Counted from the first letter of the stretch, positions 1-11,271 are shown. The stretch is DNA of 64,000 nucleotides from an uncultured Nitrososphaeraceae archaeon (GCA_963729045.1 CAVSMN010000007.1:121742-185741); one strand, 5' to 3'. A program made the numbers and translations. Notes: generated by a model from the sequence alone, not told the origin.

Positions 1-310
1 TGATCTTTGAATCACCAAATTCAATAATCTGGCCATCATCTACCTCAATGTCCTTCTCTAATGGTGATAACTTATGTTGTATCACCTTTGCCCCAGTAGT
101 ATTTTTTACTTGTTCATTACCAAATATGTGATCAAAATGTGAATGTGTGTTTAGGATATATCTATTACCAAGCGAATTTCTTTTCAGGTATTCAAAGATA
201 ACTTCCAAGTTCCAAGAAGGATCCACAATAATTGTATCGTTATTTTTTTCATCTACAATAATGTATGTGAAGTTTGCCATTTCTCCTACCAGAAATTGTT
301 CTACCTTCAA
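1..310 (-). CDS. MBL-fold metallo-hydrolase (glyoxalase II-like), runs off the window edge
   Basis: Manual translation from TTG at 310: MKVEQFLVGEMANFTYIIVDEKNNDTIIVDPSWN...ILNTHSHFDHIFGNE, with the THxHxDH motif. Not in the ORF track. Confidence 0.85.
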   Translation of the reverse strand, partial: MKVEQFLVGEMANFTYIIVDEKNNDTIIVDPSWNLEVIFEYLKRNSLGNRYILNTHSHFDHIFGNEQVKNTTGAKVIQHKLSPLEKDIEVDDGQIIEFGDSKI

Positions 311-316
311 GCCCTA

Positions 317-1060
317 TCACACAACCCCTTTTTCTGCTTCAAATGGTATGCCGATCTTTTTAACTATTAGCCTCCCAACGATCTCCGGATTCTTGAGTAA
401 CCCATGTTTTGGTCGATGAAATGTTATTGTTGCGTCTGCTCTAATCGCTTTATCAATAATTTTTCCACTGTCCGGATCTAATCCTGAAGGGATATCAACT
501 GCGAGTATAAAAGTAGTTCCTTTTTTATCATTTATTGTTTCAATCACTTTTGAATGAGGTTCTTTTATTTCTCTTTTGATTCCTGTTCCAAATATCCCGT
601 CCAAAATAATATTTGACTTTTTAATCTCGTCCTCAATTTCAGTAACATTGTTTGATTCTAATGTAAATTTTCTTATCGATTCCATTTTACTTATGATCTG
701 CCAATTTAAAATGGATTCTGGGGTTTTTAGGTCCTCAGGGGAACATAAGAGGATCACCGATAAGTTGATTCTATTATTAGATTTATTTCGTGCAAGAATG
801 TATCCTGATAGGTGACGTATTGCAACCAATGCATCACCACCGTTATTTCCCTTTCCACAAACGGCTACTATAGAATTATCTAGTATGTTTTCTTTGAATT
901 CATCTATCAAGAAATCTGCAATTCTAGAACCAGCATTCTCCATCATCAAAGTTTTCTTCATAGAATAATTGGATTCTCCGTTGTTTTCTATCTCGTACAT
1001 CTGACCCGAAGATATCGGCTCATACCCTTTTTCTATGGCATAATTGCTTTTCATATTCAT
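317..1060 (-). CDS. nnrE: NAD(P)H-hydrate epimerase (YjeF-N)
   Basis: LMMENAG, CGKGNNGGD, DGIFGTG, AVDIPSG and TITFH motifs. Confidence 0.92.
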   Translation of the reverse strand: MNMKSNYAIEKGYEPISSGQMYEIENNGESNYSMKKTLMMENAGSRIADFLIDEFKENILDNSIVAVCGKGNNGGDALVAIRHLSGYILARNKSNNRINLSVILLCSPEDLKTPESILNWQIISKMESIRKFTLESNNVTEIEDEIKKSNIILDGIFGTGIKREIKEPHSKVIETINDKKGTTFILAVDIPSGLDPDSGKIIDKAIRADATITFHRPKHGLLKNPEIVGRLIVKKIGIPFEAEKGVV

Positions 1061-1122
1061 GAATTTACTTACCTTGAAGACTTTATTAATAAATTTTTTC
1101 CTAAAAAATGGCCTAAAATCTT

Positions 1123-1413
1123 TTACTGATATGAATGTAATCTCTTTTCTTCATGAGCTTTTACTTTCTGATCAAGGGGGTCTTTATGATCTTTTGCTAT
1201 GTGAATTTTATAACAATCATCATGAAGGATCCCTAATTCACAGAATTCACAAGATGTTACAAATTCTAATTCCTTGAAATCATCCTTGCAAAAACTGCAT
1301 TTCTCATTGGGTAATGACTCAGTTAATAACGGTTTTAGCCATCCCTCTCTCCATAAGACGTTGACCAATAAATAAATGGTAATCTGATCCCATAAATATC
1401 TGTTATACATCAA
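1123..1413 (-). CDS. small Cys/His-rich zinc-binding protein (true start probably downstream of 1413)
   Basis: CSFC...CEFC...HDDC..H pattern. Confidence 0.6.
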   Translation of the reverse strand: MMYNRYLWDQITIYLLVNVLWREGWLKPLLTESLPNEKCSFCKDDFKELEFVTSCEFCELGILHDDCYKIHIAKDHKDPLDQKVKAHEEKRLHSYQ

Positions 1414-1891
1414 AAGGCATAAGATAATTTTTTAGTTTAACTTTTTTGATTTTAGAATCATAAATTGCAAATGTGTCTCCGTTATAATTGCATTTAATCA
1501 TAGGAAATATTTTTGGCTTTTTTTTAAACCTTATGATTTTATAATACTCTTTTGTTTTTCTTGGTAGGTATTTTATCTCCCCCTTAACTATTAGTCTTTG
1601 TTTTCTCATAAATTTAAATGCCAAAATTATATATCTGTCTTGGTAAGCCTCAAACATTTGTGTAATGAGATAACATCTGACAATTTGATCTTGGGGAACA
1701 TAAATGCTATTACTGGTAGCCGTTTTTGCCTCTATTGATAATAATATAGAATCTGCGTTATTTACCGCTACAATGTCGGGTAAGCCTGTACTCGATCCTC
1801 CCAATCTTCGCGCAATCCATTCTCCAGAATTAAGTTGCTTAACCAAACGATACTCAAAATTATACCCTCTGCTCCTGCGAATATTGGTCAT
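1403..1891 (-). CDS. hjc: Holliday junction resolvase Hjc-like (PD-(D/E)xK nuclease)
   Basis: RSRGYNFEYRLV...GGSS..LPDIVA...IEAK. Start set at ATG 1891 to avoid overlapping the divergent gene. Confidence 0.8.
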   Translation of the reverse strand: MTNIRRSRGYNFEYRLVKQLNSGEWIARRLGGSSTGLPDIVAVNNADSILLSIEAKTATSNSIYVPQDQIVRCYLITQMFEAYQDRYIILAFKFMRKQRLIVKGEIKYLPRKTKEYYKIIRFKKKPKIFPMIKCNYNGDTFAIYDSKIKKVKLKNYLMPFDV

Positions 1892-1976
1892 CCATTTCAA
1901 CGTTTGATTTAGATGCCATAAATTTTTTTTTATGCATTCGTAGCAACTATTTATAACCAGCCAAGAAACTCTAATT

Positions 1977-2612
1977 ATGACTTTTGATATTGATTCTACC
2001 AAATTACAGGATTCGTTGAATGAATTTTCGTCTTATCTAAAACAAGTGGAATCAAGCAGGGAGAAATTAATAAAGGAAAATAGGGAAATAATTGCCTTGA
2101 GTAGCAAGGCAATTATATTATTACATAGCGGAAAGACTGTTGAAGCAACTGAACTAATTAATAATGCGTTTTCTTTGCTTTCAGAACTCAAAAAATATGT
2201 TATTTCTGATTTGGAACGTTATTTGTGGCCTGCGGAACAAGAATACGTTGAAGCTGCTATTTTAAAAGAGATTGTTGAAAGGAAAGATCATTTTAGCGGA
2301 CATATCGAACTGCAGGTTTCATTAAACGCATATGTTACAGGGTTGTTAGATTGCATTGGTGAAATCAAGCGAATGATCTATGATAATCTTAGGAAGGACG
2401 ATTTTGAGTCATCCTTGTCCTTGTTTACCATTATGCAATCCTTATATGATTTAATATACCCGTTTGCATTCTACGACAATATTGTCTCTGGGGTCAGAAA
2501 GAAACTAGATGTTGGCAAACGGATAATTGATGACGTTCGTATCTCTATTACGGAGGAATACCGGCGAAAGAGCTTTCTAGATCGGATCGACCGTGTGTCT
2601 CTCGTTAAATAA
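1977..2612 (+). CDS. translin/TRAX family protein
   Basis: RE.LIK..REI..S, QEYVEA and Y..GL.D..GE.KR motifs. Confidence 0.85.
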   Translation: MTFDIDSTKLQDSLNEFSSYLKQVESSREKLIKENREIIALSSKAIILLHSGKTVEATELINNAFSLLSELKKYVISDLERYLWPAEQEYVEAAILKEIVERKDHFSGHIELQVSLNAYVTGLLDCIGEIKRMIYDNLRKDDFESSLSLFTIMQSLYDLIYPFAFYDNIVSGVRKKLDVGKRIIDDVRISITEEYRRKSFLDRIDRVSLVK

Positions 2613-2683
2613 TTGGTTATTATGGATACCTAGAGCATTGGAATCCACCTTCTGGTCCTAACTTAAAATATAGAGTATAGGGT

Positions 2684-4144
2684 TTAAGCGAATTTGGCAA
2701 AAGCTTCAGATAAATATCTGTTTAGCTTTTTGGACCAATCGGGGAATCCTTGTGATGAATCGGGATAATTTCTATAATGTTTCACTAACTCTTCATTCAT
2801 CTGAGAAGTGAATTTCAAGTCTTCTGCAAGTTTCTTGTTAAGTGCTCCTCTTATCATCATACTAAGTTTACTAACGGTGCTAAATTCTGGATGCTCCCCA
2901 TTAGTTATCTTATCAACGTCCATTTTTGACAGAAAGTGCTTCATGCCATAGTTAATCTGTTCGTTAGTAAGTTGTTGGAGCATTCTTCTGAATACTTCTA
3001 AACCAGCAGTCTTGTAGCCATATTCGTTAATGAAATTCTTATTGTATTTCCAAAGTCCATTCTCTGAAACGTCTCCTGATTCTATTGCTTCAACCAGATC
3101 TTTTCCAGCTATTGTGGCTGCAATTATAGCAGGACCTATGCCACCAGCATCCAGCGGCTTTGGCATCCATGCCGAGTCTCCAACCATCATGTAGCCATTG
3201 GCAACCATACAATCGTTCTGCCTCCTTACGGAAACCTGCCATGTGCCCCATTCATTGCCTAGGTCTTCCTCCCCTATTGCTAGTCTTGGATTTGATATAA
3301 CTGGATTAACTCCAACATAATCATCTATTAACTTCTTCAAATCCCTCTTTGTTCCAATTTCCTTGTTTGCTTTATCAAACAGCTTTTGTTGAACACCCAA
3401 ACCAATATTCACTTTATTTTCTCCTTTTGGAAACACCCATCCATAACCACCTGGAGCCAATTTTTGATCTAAGTGAATAATACAATATTCAGGGTCAAAA
3501 AACGTCTTGTCTTCATTACCTTTATTATCAAAATCGTAAATATATCTACCAGTAGATTCTAGATCATTTCTATCAATCCTTCTTTGTATGTGAGAATTAA
3601 TTGGTAGATTTGTTCGTAGTACTGAAGTAACACCAGTGCAATCAACTATTACTTTTGCTGTTTTCTTAAATATTTCCTTAGTTTTTGTATTTTCCCCTTC
3701 AACACCTACAATAAAATTATTCTCAACTGTTAGTTGTCTAATCATGATATTACTAGCTATTTCAACACCCATTTTGGTCGCCTCCATAACTTGCTTTTGA
3801 GGTAATTGTTTTCTATTTAAAATATATCCCTCTCCATCAAATGACACTCGAGTTTCATGATCCGGTGAAAAAGCAACTACTCCCTTTACTGGATGTTCAA
3901 TTTCTGGGTAACCCCATGATATTTTGATTCTATCGGTCATGTAATCAACAGTATTTTTGCCAACTGCATCGCCACAAATCCAACCCGAAAGGGTCTTCCT
4001 TCCTTGAATGTCGATAGAGTTCCTATCTAGTACTAAAACCTTCATTCTTTGTTTAGAATAATATGCTGCAGATGAGGCTACTATTAGTCCAGCTAACCCT
4101 CCACCTGCTACTATGATGTCATAATCTGTATTTGACAGGCTCAT
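2684..4144 (-). CDS. geranylgeranyl reductase family (digeranylgeranylglycerophospholipid reductase-like)
   Basis: GGGLAG Rossmann motif, ICGDA, APGGYGWVFPK, VGDSA..P.P..AGG. Confidence 0.88.
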   Translation of the reverse strand: MSLSNTDYDIIVAGGGLAGLIVASSAAYYSKQRMKVLVLDRNSIDIQGRKTLSGWICGDAVGKNTVDYMTDRIKISWGYPEIEHPVKGVVAFSPDHETRVSFDGEGYILNRKQLPQKQVMEATKMGVEIASNIMIRQLTVENNFIVGVEGENTKTKEIFKKTAKVIVDCTGVTSVLRTNLPINSHIQRRIDRNDLESTGRYIYDFDNKGNEDKTFFDPEYCIIHLDQKLAPGGYGWVFPKGENKVNIGLGVQQKLFDKANKEIGTKRDLKKLIDDYVGVNPVISNPRLAIGEEDLGNEWGTWQVSVRRQNDCMVANGYMMVGDSAWMPKPLDAGGIGPAIIAATIAGKDLVEAIESGDVSENGLWKYNKNFINEYGYKTAGLEVFRRMLQQLTNEQINYGMKHFLSKMDVDKITNGEHPEFSTVSKLSMMIRGALNKKLAEDLKFTSQMNEELVKHYRNYPDSSQGFPDWSKKLNRYLSEAFAKFA

Positions 4145-5375
4145 CTTTTCCTGATATTAGGTACAGGAAAGGATAATTAAAGCTATGTTGTCTATATCTG
4201 CCAAAAAATGATCCTTTATTATGTAAAATGAAGTAAAAGGACAAATGAGGATTATAAGCGGCTATTGATGTTAAATAACATTCTTTTAAGACATGAATAT
4301 ATAGAATGTCTAACGTTTTCTACCAACTAACCTTAATACCATAGATGAATATAATAAAGCAATTGATTCTTTGTCATCCCTAGAAAGATAAATATTAGTG
4401 ATAAAGAGGTTTGGCTGGTTTCTTATTTATTGGTGATGAGGTCAAGACATCTGTGACCGAATTTGACTTGCTGAAACACTTGGGTTTGATAAAGATTCTC
4501 CTAATGTATTTAAAATATCTCTGGTATTGTAATCAAGTACGATAGATAGATTTTATGAGACAGATATCGATTGCTGGCCTGGGCTGAACTTAACATGGAA
4601 ATGATACCATCTTCGAATCTTAAGAATAAGTCAAATTGTACCTTATTCCATAGATACTGATTACTTGGACCCAGGTCAGATGATGATTCCTACAAGAAGA
4701 GATAAATAGTAATGAGTGGGTCTTTGATACGCTTTATCTGAAAAGACTTTGAACTTCTAAAAGCTCAAGTATTATGGCTAGATTATTAATATCGTGACGA
4801 CAGAAATCGACCAATTTTTTCGTAATATCAAGTGTGATCACTGTAATAAAATAATTGAAAAGAAGGTAAAGTATTACTTTGACCAACCTAATGTTGTTTT
4901 ATTATCAGTTGATGTGTGTAGTGATTGTAGCTACCGCATAAGTTTGAAATAATTCTGGATCAATGCATCTACACATATGGCAAACAAAATAGGATTTTCA
5001 ATGCTTACATTCTCTAGTTTGTCTGGGATTTTAGAACATTCTGAACTTTTCGAATCTCCCGCTATTTCCATCCATTTCATTTATTCCTAGCCAAAAATGG
5101 TCTATAAATGGATTAGGTTCTAACTCTTTACTAATTACAGCTCACTTTACAATTAAATCCGCCTCAAAAATCATGTTAGATTTATTACCGCTCTCGATTG
5201 TGATAAATAATTACTCCGGATCACTTTTGAACAAGAAAATTAATTTCTAATTTCGCACAATTATTTGATAACTAAACCTAAACCTTTCTAGATAAGTATA
5301 ACTATTCTTGTGGTAGAACCCGAAGTTGACACAAAAATATAAAACAAATTAGTCCCTTAATTATTGCATAGCGAA

Positions 5376-5534
5376 TTGGAGCGAGAAATTGACACCGTAA
5401 AACCCGACCTGAAAAGAACAAAAATAGAGTGCATTAGGTGTGGTTCGATAATGGGGGAAATTACAGTCTGTCATCTAAAATGCCTAAACTGTGGAGCGGA
5501 ATTGACTTGTTCTGATAAAGGAAATTTCTGGTAA
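5376..5534 (+). CDS. 52-aa CxxCG zinc-finger micro-protein
   Basis: Manual translation MEREIDTVKPDLKRTKIECIRCGSIMGEITVCHLKCLNCGAELTCSDKGNFW: two CxxCG motifs plus two more Cys. Below the ORF-track size cut-off. Confidence 0.75.
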   Translation: MEREIDTVKPDLKRTKIECIRCGSIMGEITVCHLKCLNCGAELTCSDKGNFW

Positions 5535-5830
5535 ACACCATTTAGCATAATGGGGATTCCTGATGATACAATGATAATGAAATCAACTTGACAATCTTTT
5601 TCAATTTATCCTTTATCCTAAAATATTTTTCTCTGAGGTTGCGATTAAACACTTATTTAATGCCATTTTCATTCATGTAATCACGAATTGCATCTTGTAA
5701 TTGTTTTTGCATACTTGTTACCCGCCAAGCTCTCATCAAGCATAACCTAATCACCTGTCTTGACCATGGATGCTGAAATCCGGAATATCTAAACCAGTTA
5801 GAATAAATTCTAGATTTTTTAATAATCAAT

Positions 5831-6397
5831 GTGAATAAAAAAAATCTGTACTATTCAAATGAAAAAAAAGTTAATCCTTATTATTTTGACGGCCAGGTAA
5901 TAATTAGAGAAATTTATAATGAATCTAATAGTAATGATCAGGAAGTATATTTTGTAGAATTTTCTACTGGTGCATTGACTACTATTCATTTTCATGAAAC
6001 TGAACAATTCTTAGTTCCTGTGTACGGAAATGGCGTGATTGGTGAAATCGAGACTAACAAGTCTAATTCTTTGTTGGATTCGACTTTTGAGAATCTGATC
6101 ATAAAATCACTTAATGTTGGAGAAATCGTTTCAATCAAACCAAATATTTTCCATTTTCATGGTGCTTCTCCAGGTCAAAATTTTTCACATATGGCATTTA
6201 GAAAGATGTTTGAAACTAGACAAGGATCTGAAAAGACTGAACCAGAACCAGTTCATACACTAACAAAATGGGGTTATGAAATTATCGCTAAAGAACTCGA
6301 ATCAGACGATCAATCTCAAATATTAAATGAGTTGAATAGAATTTCTGAAAAAATTCGAAGTGCCGTTTATGCATGGGCAAAGGACAAGAATCTCTGA
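5831..6397 (+). CDS. cupin domain protein
   Basis: HFHETEQ...G.G and P..FHFHGA cupin motifs. Confidence 0.85.
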   Translation: MNKKNLYYSNEKKVNPYYFDGQVIIREIYNESNSNDQEVYFVEFSTGALTTIHFHETEQFLVPVYGNGVIGEIETNKSNSLLDSTFENLIIKSLNVGEIVSIKPNIFHFHGASPGQNFSHMAFRKMFETRQGSEKTEPEPVHTLTKWGYEIIAKELESDDQSQILNELNRISEKIRSAVYAWAKDKNL

Positions 6398-6445
6398 CCC
6401 GATAAATTATAGAAAAAAGTGATGTTTGAATCAAAAAAATGATGG

Positions 6446-6688
6446 CTAGTTACTTTCGTTTTCGTTAATTGAAAGACTATCCTCTAAGTCATTTACTGGA
6501 TTGCTGATGCTTGTATCGTTTTCAAGAATTCCAGTGTTATTTCCTTCTATTCCTTCAAATTCTTGGACTGTTTCGGTATCGTTAGGATACATGGCTGTTG
6601 TATTTTGTGCAAACGCATTACCAATGCTAAAACTCACAAGTATTGCTGCAAAAGTAAAAACTGTGACAATGACTTTTCTATTTTCCAT
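6446..6688 (-). CDS. small secreted acidic Asn/Thr-rich protein
   Basis: Signal peptide ending AFA-Q; many N-x-T/S sequons. Confidence 0.65.
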   Translation of the reverse strand: MENRKVIVTVFTFAAILVSFSIGNAFAQNTTAMYPNDTETVQEFEGIEGNNTGILENDTSISNPVNDLEDSLSINENESN

Positions 6689-6797
6689 TGAATAAAAAAG
6701 TATTAATGTTTTATAAAAGTATATTGAAAATTATTATATTATTTAGAACAGGATCAGTAACCAAAAGAATAATGACGAGTTTGGCTTGATTCTTTTA

Positions 6798-7784
6798 TTA
6801 CTTTGTAAGATTGTTAAGCCATCCTAGCTTTCTGAAATAGTATAGCATTATGATTACCGATCCAACTGAAAATCCTGCGGTAACGATTAATGGCATAAAA
6901 TCTATAAAATTGTAGCCATAATTCGTGCTTCCTGGGATATTGATATTCATTCCATAAAAAGTTCCGACTACTGTTACTGGAATTGATAATGTAAACAGGA
7001 TTGTCAAGAAACTCAATATCTTGTTAGTTTTCTCACTGCTTAGCATATGATCTGTATCTTTGTATATTTCGATGGTTTCTTTTGACTCATCTAGTGCTTC
7101 AAGTACTTTGGAAACATGATCATTGATGTCATTAAAATAAGAAATAAGGTCTTCCTCTTCTAAGTCGGTAGAGAATTTTCTTACGTCCCTTGAAATGATT
7201 TCCAACATGATTCTTTTCAGAGGGACTACTATTCGTCGAAGAGTAGTTATTTCTCGCCTCAACATGGAGATTTCTTTTGCCACAGCCACTTGGTCATCAA
7301 AAACTGCATCCTCAATATCATCCAGGTTGCCTATTACCTTCATCAATATATGAAGCAAATCATCCACCAGAGCGTCTAAGATTGAGTGCAAAAGGTATCC
7401 TGGAGAATTTCCCATTATGTTTTGTTTGTTCTTTCCATTATCTAATTTGCAAGCCTGAAATAGCTCAGAGAGTGGTTTCAAGTCACCATGATGAATGGAT
7501 ATTAAAAAGTCTTTTCCAATGAATAATGAGAGTTGGCTAAATTTAGGGGAAGTTTTTTCCTTCTGGGTCGTCGGAAATTGTAAAATAATAAAAACATGAT
7601 CCTCGTACCTATCTATTTTGGGCAATTGATTTTTGGACAAACAATCTTCAATGTTTAATTCATGAAGTGAATATTCTTTGGAAACCAGGTCCATTTTTTC
7701 CCTGGTCGGCTGTTCGATATATACCCATTCCAATCCTCTACTTCCCAGTGAATCCAACCCATGAAATCGATTAGATAACTTCAT
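6798..7784 (-). CDS. corA: CorA family Mg2+/Co2+ transporter
   Basis: LHEL.IED, YGMN signature and two C-terminal TM helices. Confidence 0.93.
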   Translation of the reverse strand: MKLSNRFHGLDSLGSRGLEWVYIEQPTREKMDLVSKEYSLHELNIEDCLSKNQLPKIDRYEDHVFIILQFPTTQKEKTSPKFSQLSLFIGKDFLISIHHGDLKPLSELFQACKLDNGKNKQNIMGNSPGYLLHSILDALVDDLLHILMKVIGNLDDIEDAVFDDQVAVAKEISMLRREITTLRRIVVPLKRIMLEIISRDVRKFSTDLEEEDLISYFNDINDHVSKVLEALDESKETIEIYKDTDHMLSSEKTNKILSFLTILFTLSIPVTVVGTFYGMNINIPGSTNYGYNFIDFMPLIVTAGFSVGSVIIMLYYFRKLGWLNNLTK

Positions 7785-7873
7785 CCTACATAACCCTTGT
7801 TAGTCTCATTTAATTTCAATAACTCCCTACTAATTAATCTACTATGGACCGAAGTTTTAATTTCAATATATAA

Positions 7874-8254
7874 TTATTTTTTAGGTGGAAAATCCTTCAA
7901 ATTATCTGACTTGCACCTGTGGCAATTCGGTGACTCCGATGAGGCGAGATAATTAATGTAATAGCAATTTGCACATTGCTTTCGTACAAACTTTGATATT
8001 AGCATGACTGCGCCAGAGTCTTCCTTGATGACTAAAACATTTCTATGATGGAGATCAGTTATAACGATATTAAATAATTTGATTATCTCTTCCATGTTCC
8101 ATGTTTTATATTTGAGGTAATTTTCTTTCATGAAACGGCAGATTTCGTTAGTATCAAATATGCTCTTAAAGTCATTATCATTCCTATTGTTTATTCGAAA
8201 GAAATAATCTCGCAGATACCATTCAAATTCGAATGATAGAATTTCAGTATTCAA
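7874..8254 (-). CDS. hypothetical protein with C-terminal zinc ribbon
   Basis: CANC...CHRC. Confidence 0.65.
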   Translation of the reverse strand: MNTEILSFEFEWYLRDYFFRINNRNDNDFKSIFDTNEICRFMKENYLKYKTWNMEEIIKLFNIVITDLHHRNVLVIKEDSGAVMLISKFVRKQCANCYYINYLASSESPNCHRCKSDNLKDFPPKK

Positions 8255-8359
8255 GTTCTTTTTTTAATAAATATTATTATTTTTTAATTCTTTCGATTTA
8301 ATAATACATAGTAATCAAAGCAAATCTTAATTTATCAACTGATCGATGGATCGGCTGAT

Positions 8360-9452
8360 TTATGTTGTTGATGGCGAATCTGCAAATTGCATGGAAATTA
8401 CTTTCTTTAACTTTGTAAGGTTATAACCCAGTTGAGCTGAAACTGGGATGATTTGATCGATGTTTTCAGTTACATTCAGACTCTTTCATCTTGTCCTTGA
8501 TTTCATTGTTTTTTACCATGTCTATTTTGTTAAGTACTAGTATACATTTTTGAAATGGAATTTGCAATTTTGATAAGATTTCCAGGGAACTCATCAATTT
8601 TTTCTTGATAATGGGAACATCATCAGCAAAATCAATTATCAACAAAATTACATTAGCATAATTCAGTTCAGATAATGTAGACTTGAAGGCTTCAATCATG
8701 TATGGGGGTAACTTACTAATGAACCCAATTGTATCTGATACAAGAACTTTCCTCCCTTCAATCTCAGAAGAACGGGTAAAGGTCGTCAATGTTGTAAAAA
8801 GTTTCGTACTTGTCTCTTTATTCTCGTTAGTTAGTATGTTAAACAACGATGTTTTACCCGCCGAAGTATAACCAGTTAACGATATCAATGGAATGCTACT
8901 TGAGAGCCTTTGGACCCTGTGGAGAGCTCTTTTTCTCTCTTCTGCTTGTAGTTTTTTCTTCAATAACGCGGATCTCCTCTTAATGTCCAAAATGTGCACA
9001 TCTGCATCATATTTTCCTAATCCATAAAATCCGGGCTGCTCCCCTAACTTTGCAAGTTTTGCCTTTTCTTTCACTCGGACAATATCATATTTTAGTTGTG
9101 CTAACTTTACTTGAATCTTTGATTCATTTGTTACCGCTCTATTTAGAAAAATTTCTAGAATCAATTTTTCTCTGTCCACAATGTCTATCTTGCACAATCT
9201 TGCAAGATTGTATTGTTGACTTGGTTTTAGTATTTCATCAAATATGATTACATCAGGTTTTAGTGCTGCAACTCTTTCTTTGATCTCTTCTGCCTTCCCC
9301 TTTCCAACACCAAATCTAGAACGGGTAATGTTTTTTTGGCTAATCACTTCTAGGATGGAATACCCAATTGATTCAGCAAGGCCTTTCGCCTCGGATAGGG
9401 CAAATTGGTTTGGATATGTGATTAATATCGCTTTCCTATCCTCTGAATACAT
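8360..9452 (-). CDS. hflX: GTPase HflX (1-nt frameshift near 8485)
   Basis: GYTSAGKTS, LFTTL, DTIGF and NKID motifs. The G5 segment IIPVSAQLGYNL continues in a shifted frame to a stop at 8360. Confidence 0.9.
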
Positions 9453-9579
9453 TAATTTTAAATTTTCTATTCAAAGTATCCAATTTAAACCATCAGCTCA
9501 TGCGACCACCATCAATTTGGAATTTTGACGAGATTTATTTGATAAAGTTAAATAATTTGTCTTAAATATCATATATTGT

Positions 9580-10077
9580 TTGCAATTAGCATTAAGGAGA
9601 GTTAACGGCTATTTAATCCGAAGATGTGCTTACGAGGATTTAAATTCAGTAATCAGCATTAATTTAAAGACTCTTCCGGAACATTATACTGAGTATTTTT
9701 TTGAGTCTCTCTTACGCGAAATTCCAGAAGCATTCATCATAGCTGAAATTAATAATATGGTAGTGGGCTATATAATGTGCAAATTAGAGTTTGGCTTCTC
9801 GAATTTTAGGAAACTCGGGTTCGTGAAAAAGGGACATGTTGTATCCATAGCATTGTTGCAAGAGCACAGAGGAAAAAATATCGGTGAGGCATTGATGATG
9901 GAGGGAATTAACGGGATATCAACAAGAAAGGGTGACGAGATATATTTGGAAGTTCGTACTAGTAACGGTCCTGCTATCTCGTTATACCAAAAACTCGGGT
10001 TTCAAATCAAATCAGTATTAAAATCTTATTATAGAGATGGGGAAGATGCCAATTTGATGGCCCTAGAAATATCATAA
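9580..10077 (+). CDS. ard1: N-terminal acetyltransferase (Ard1/RimI family)
   Basis: LPEHY, GHVVSIA, LEVR.SN..AI.LY, YY.DGEDA. Confidence 0.92.
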   Translation: MQLALRRVNGYLIRRCAYEDLNSVISINLKTLPEHYTEYFFESLLREIPEAFIIAEINNMVVGYIMCKLEFGFSNFRKLGFVKKGHVVSIALLQEHRGKNIGEALMMEGINGISTRKGDEIYLEVRTSNGPAISLYQKLGFQIKSVLKSYYRDGEDANLMALEIS

Positions 10078-10147
10078 AGTCAACAAACTATTACAATTAT
10101 CTTGTATCAAAATATGAATTAAATATATGGTATTTTGCTATATCAGT

Positions 10148-10282
10148 ATGAATATTTTTGAGCCCTCCACCTTATTAGCTGTTTTCCCATATGTTTTCAT
10201 CTCCTCTTTTCCAATATTTGGAATAATATTGGTTACATATTGGCTGGTAAAGGATAAGAGATCAAAAATCAGAAAAAATTGA
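10148..10282 (+). CDS. possible 44-aa single-pass membrane protein
   Basis: MNIFEPSTLLAVFPYVFISSFPIFGIILVTYWLVKDKRSKIRKN: hydrophobic stretch then basic tail. Confidence 0.35.
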   Translation: MNIFEPSTLLAVFPYVFISSFPIFGIILVTYWLVKDKRSKIRKN

Positions 10283-10717
10283 TTTAGTAACAACTGTTGG
10301 GTTTGAAGTTCTTTTCTCATAATAATACCATTAATTGGTATAATTATTGAATTTTTGTCATTTTCTGCACTGACTTGAATTGTTGAATTTATTATCTTAC
10401 TGCATTATGATGGTAGTCTGACCATCAATAATCCAGCATCCAATAGAGATATTATTGTTATTCACCATAGAGAATCCCTTTTCAAATCAGTCAATCAAAA
10501 CCTTGTGAAGTAAAATATGTGAATACAAAGAGGTAGCAGAAGAATCTTATCAAAACATTTCTTTTAAAAGTGCTATTTGGAGACAATAAAACCAATCAAG
10601 AACATCTGATAAGAATCTTCTATCATTTTGAAGAAACGATTATTATTTGACAAATGAGTATATTTTTTTTTATCCTGTATTTAATCTAACTAGACTATTA
10701 GAGACATTGAAATCAGT

Positions 10718-11011
10718 TTGCTGATAAAGGGAAGAGAAAGGGGTAAAACAAAGTATCGGGATAAGTGTCAAATCTTCTACCTAATTGTAAAGAGTTGCAT
10801 AGGGAAATATCAAACCAAGAATAAACTAAGTTATTACAGTTCATATAAAAGATTGAATGATTATTTGGCAGACTTGATACGTTTGAATTTATTATTGTTT
10901 GATGAGAAAAAACAAAGATTCATAGCGACTCCCAAGGGAAATGACTTTGTAAGGAAATATGATAATATCATAGAATATATTCCATCTTTCAAGAGAGATT
11001 ATGAAATCTAG
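10718..11011 (+). CDS. winged-helix transcription regulator (HTH_45-like)
   Basis: YRDK..I...I...C, SY.RL..YL..L...LL, F..T.KG..F. Confidence 0.75.
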   Translation: MLIKGRERGKTKYRDKCQIFYLIVKSCIGKYQTKNKLSYYSSYKRLNDYLADLIRLNLLLFDEKKQRFIATPKGNDFVRKYDNIIEYIPSFKRDYEI

Positions 11012-11248
11012 TGCCTACCACTGATGCCATGGTGGGTAACCCCTTTAATTCATACCCGATTGGTTCATATTTTATTAATTTTTCTTCCTTTGGTCACTCA
11101 GTGGTTCAAATTTTCTATTTTCAAATGGTAATCTAATGGACTGGATATTGTCATTTATTTTATATTTATTTCAAAATTCTGAGCTAGTATCATTTATGTT
11201 CTATAAGGTGATAGTATTTTCTATAATGGTTTTAACATAATATTGTTG

Positions 11249-11262
11249 ACTGACCAGTCAGT
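11249..11262. promoter_or_regulatory. palindromic operator ACTGAC-CA-GTCAGT (putative TetR site)
   Basis: Perfect 6-bp inverted arms, 9 bp upstream of the two-gene operon that ends in the TetR gene. Confidence 0.6.
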
Positions 11263-11271
11263 AATATTTAT

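Noticed and set aside
1892..2002. N-terminal extension of the Hjc ORF
   Set aside because: Overlaps the divergent translin start and promoter; Hjc homology begins at M(1891).
4433..4741. C/D-box sRNA candidates (RTGATGA...CTGA at ~4433-4474 and ~4680-4741)
   Set aside because: No convincing D'/C' boxes or guide spacing; such motifs arise by chance in AT-rich DNA.
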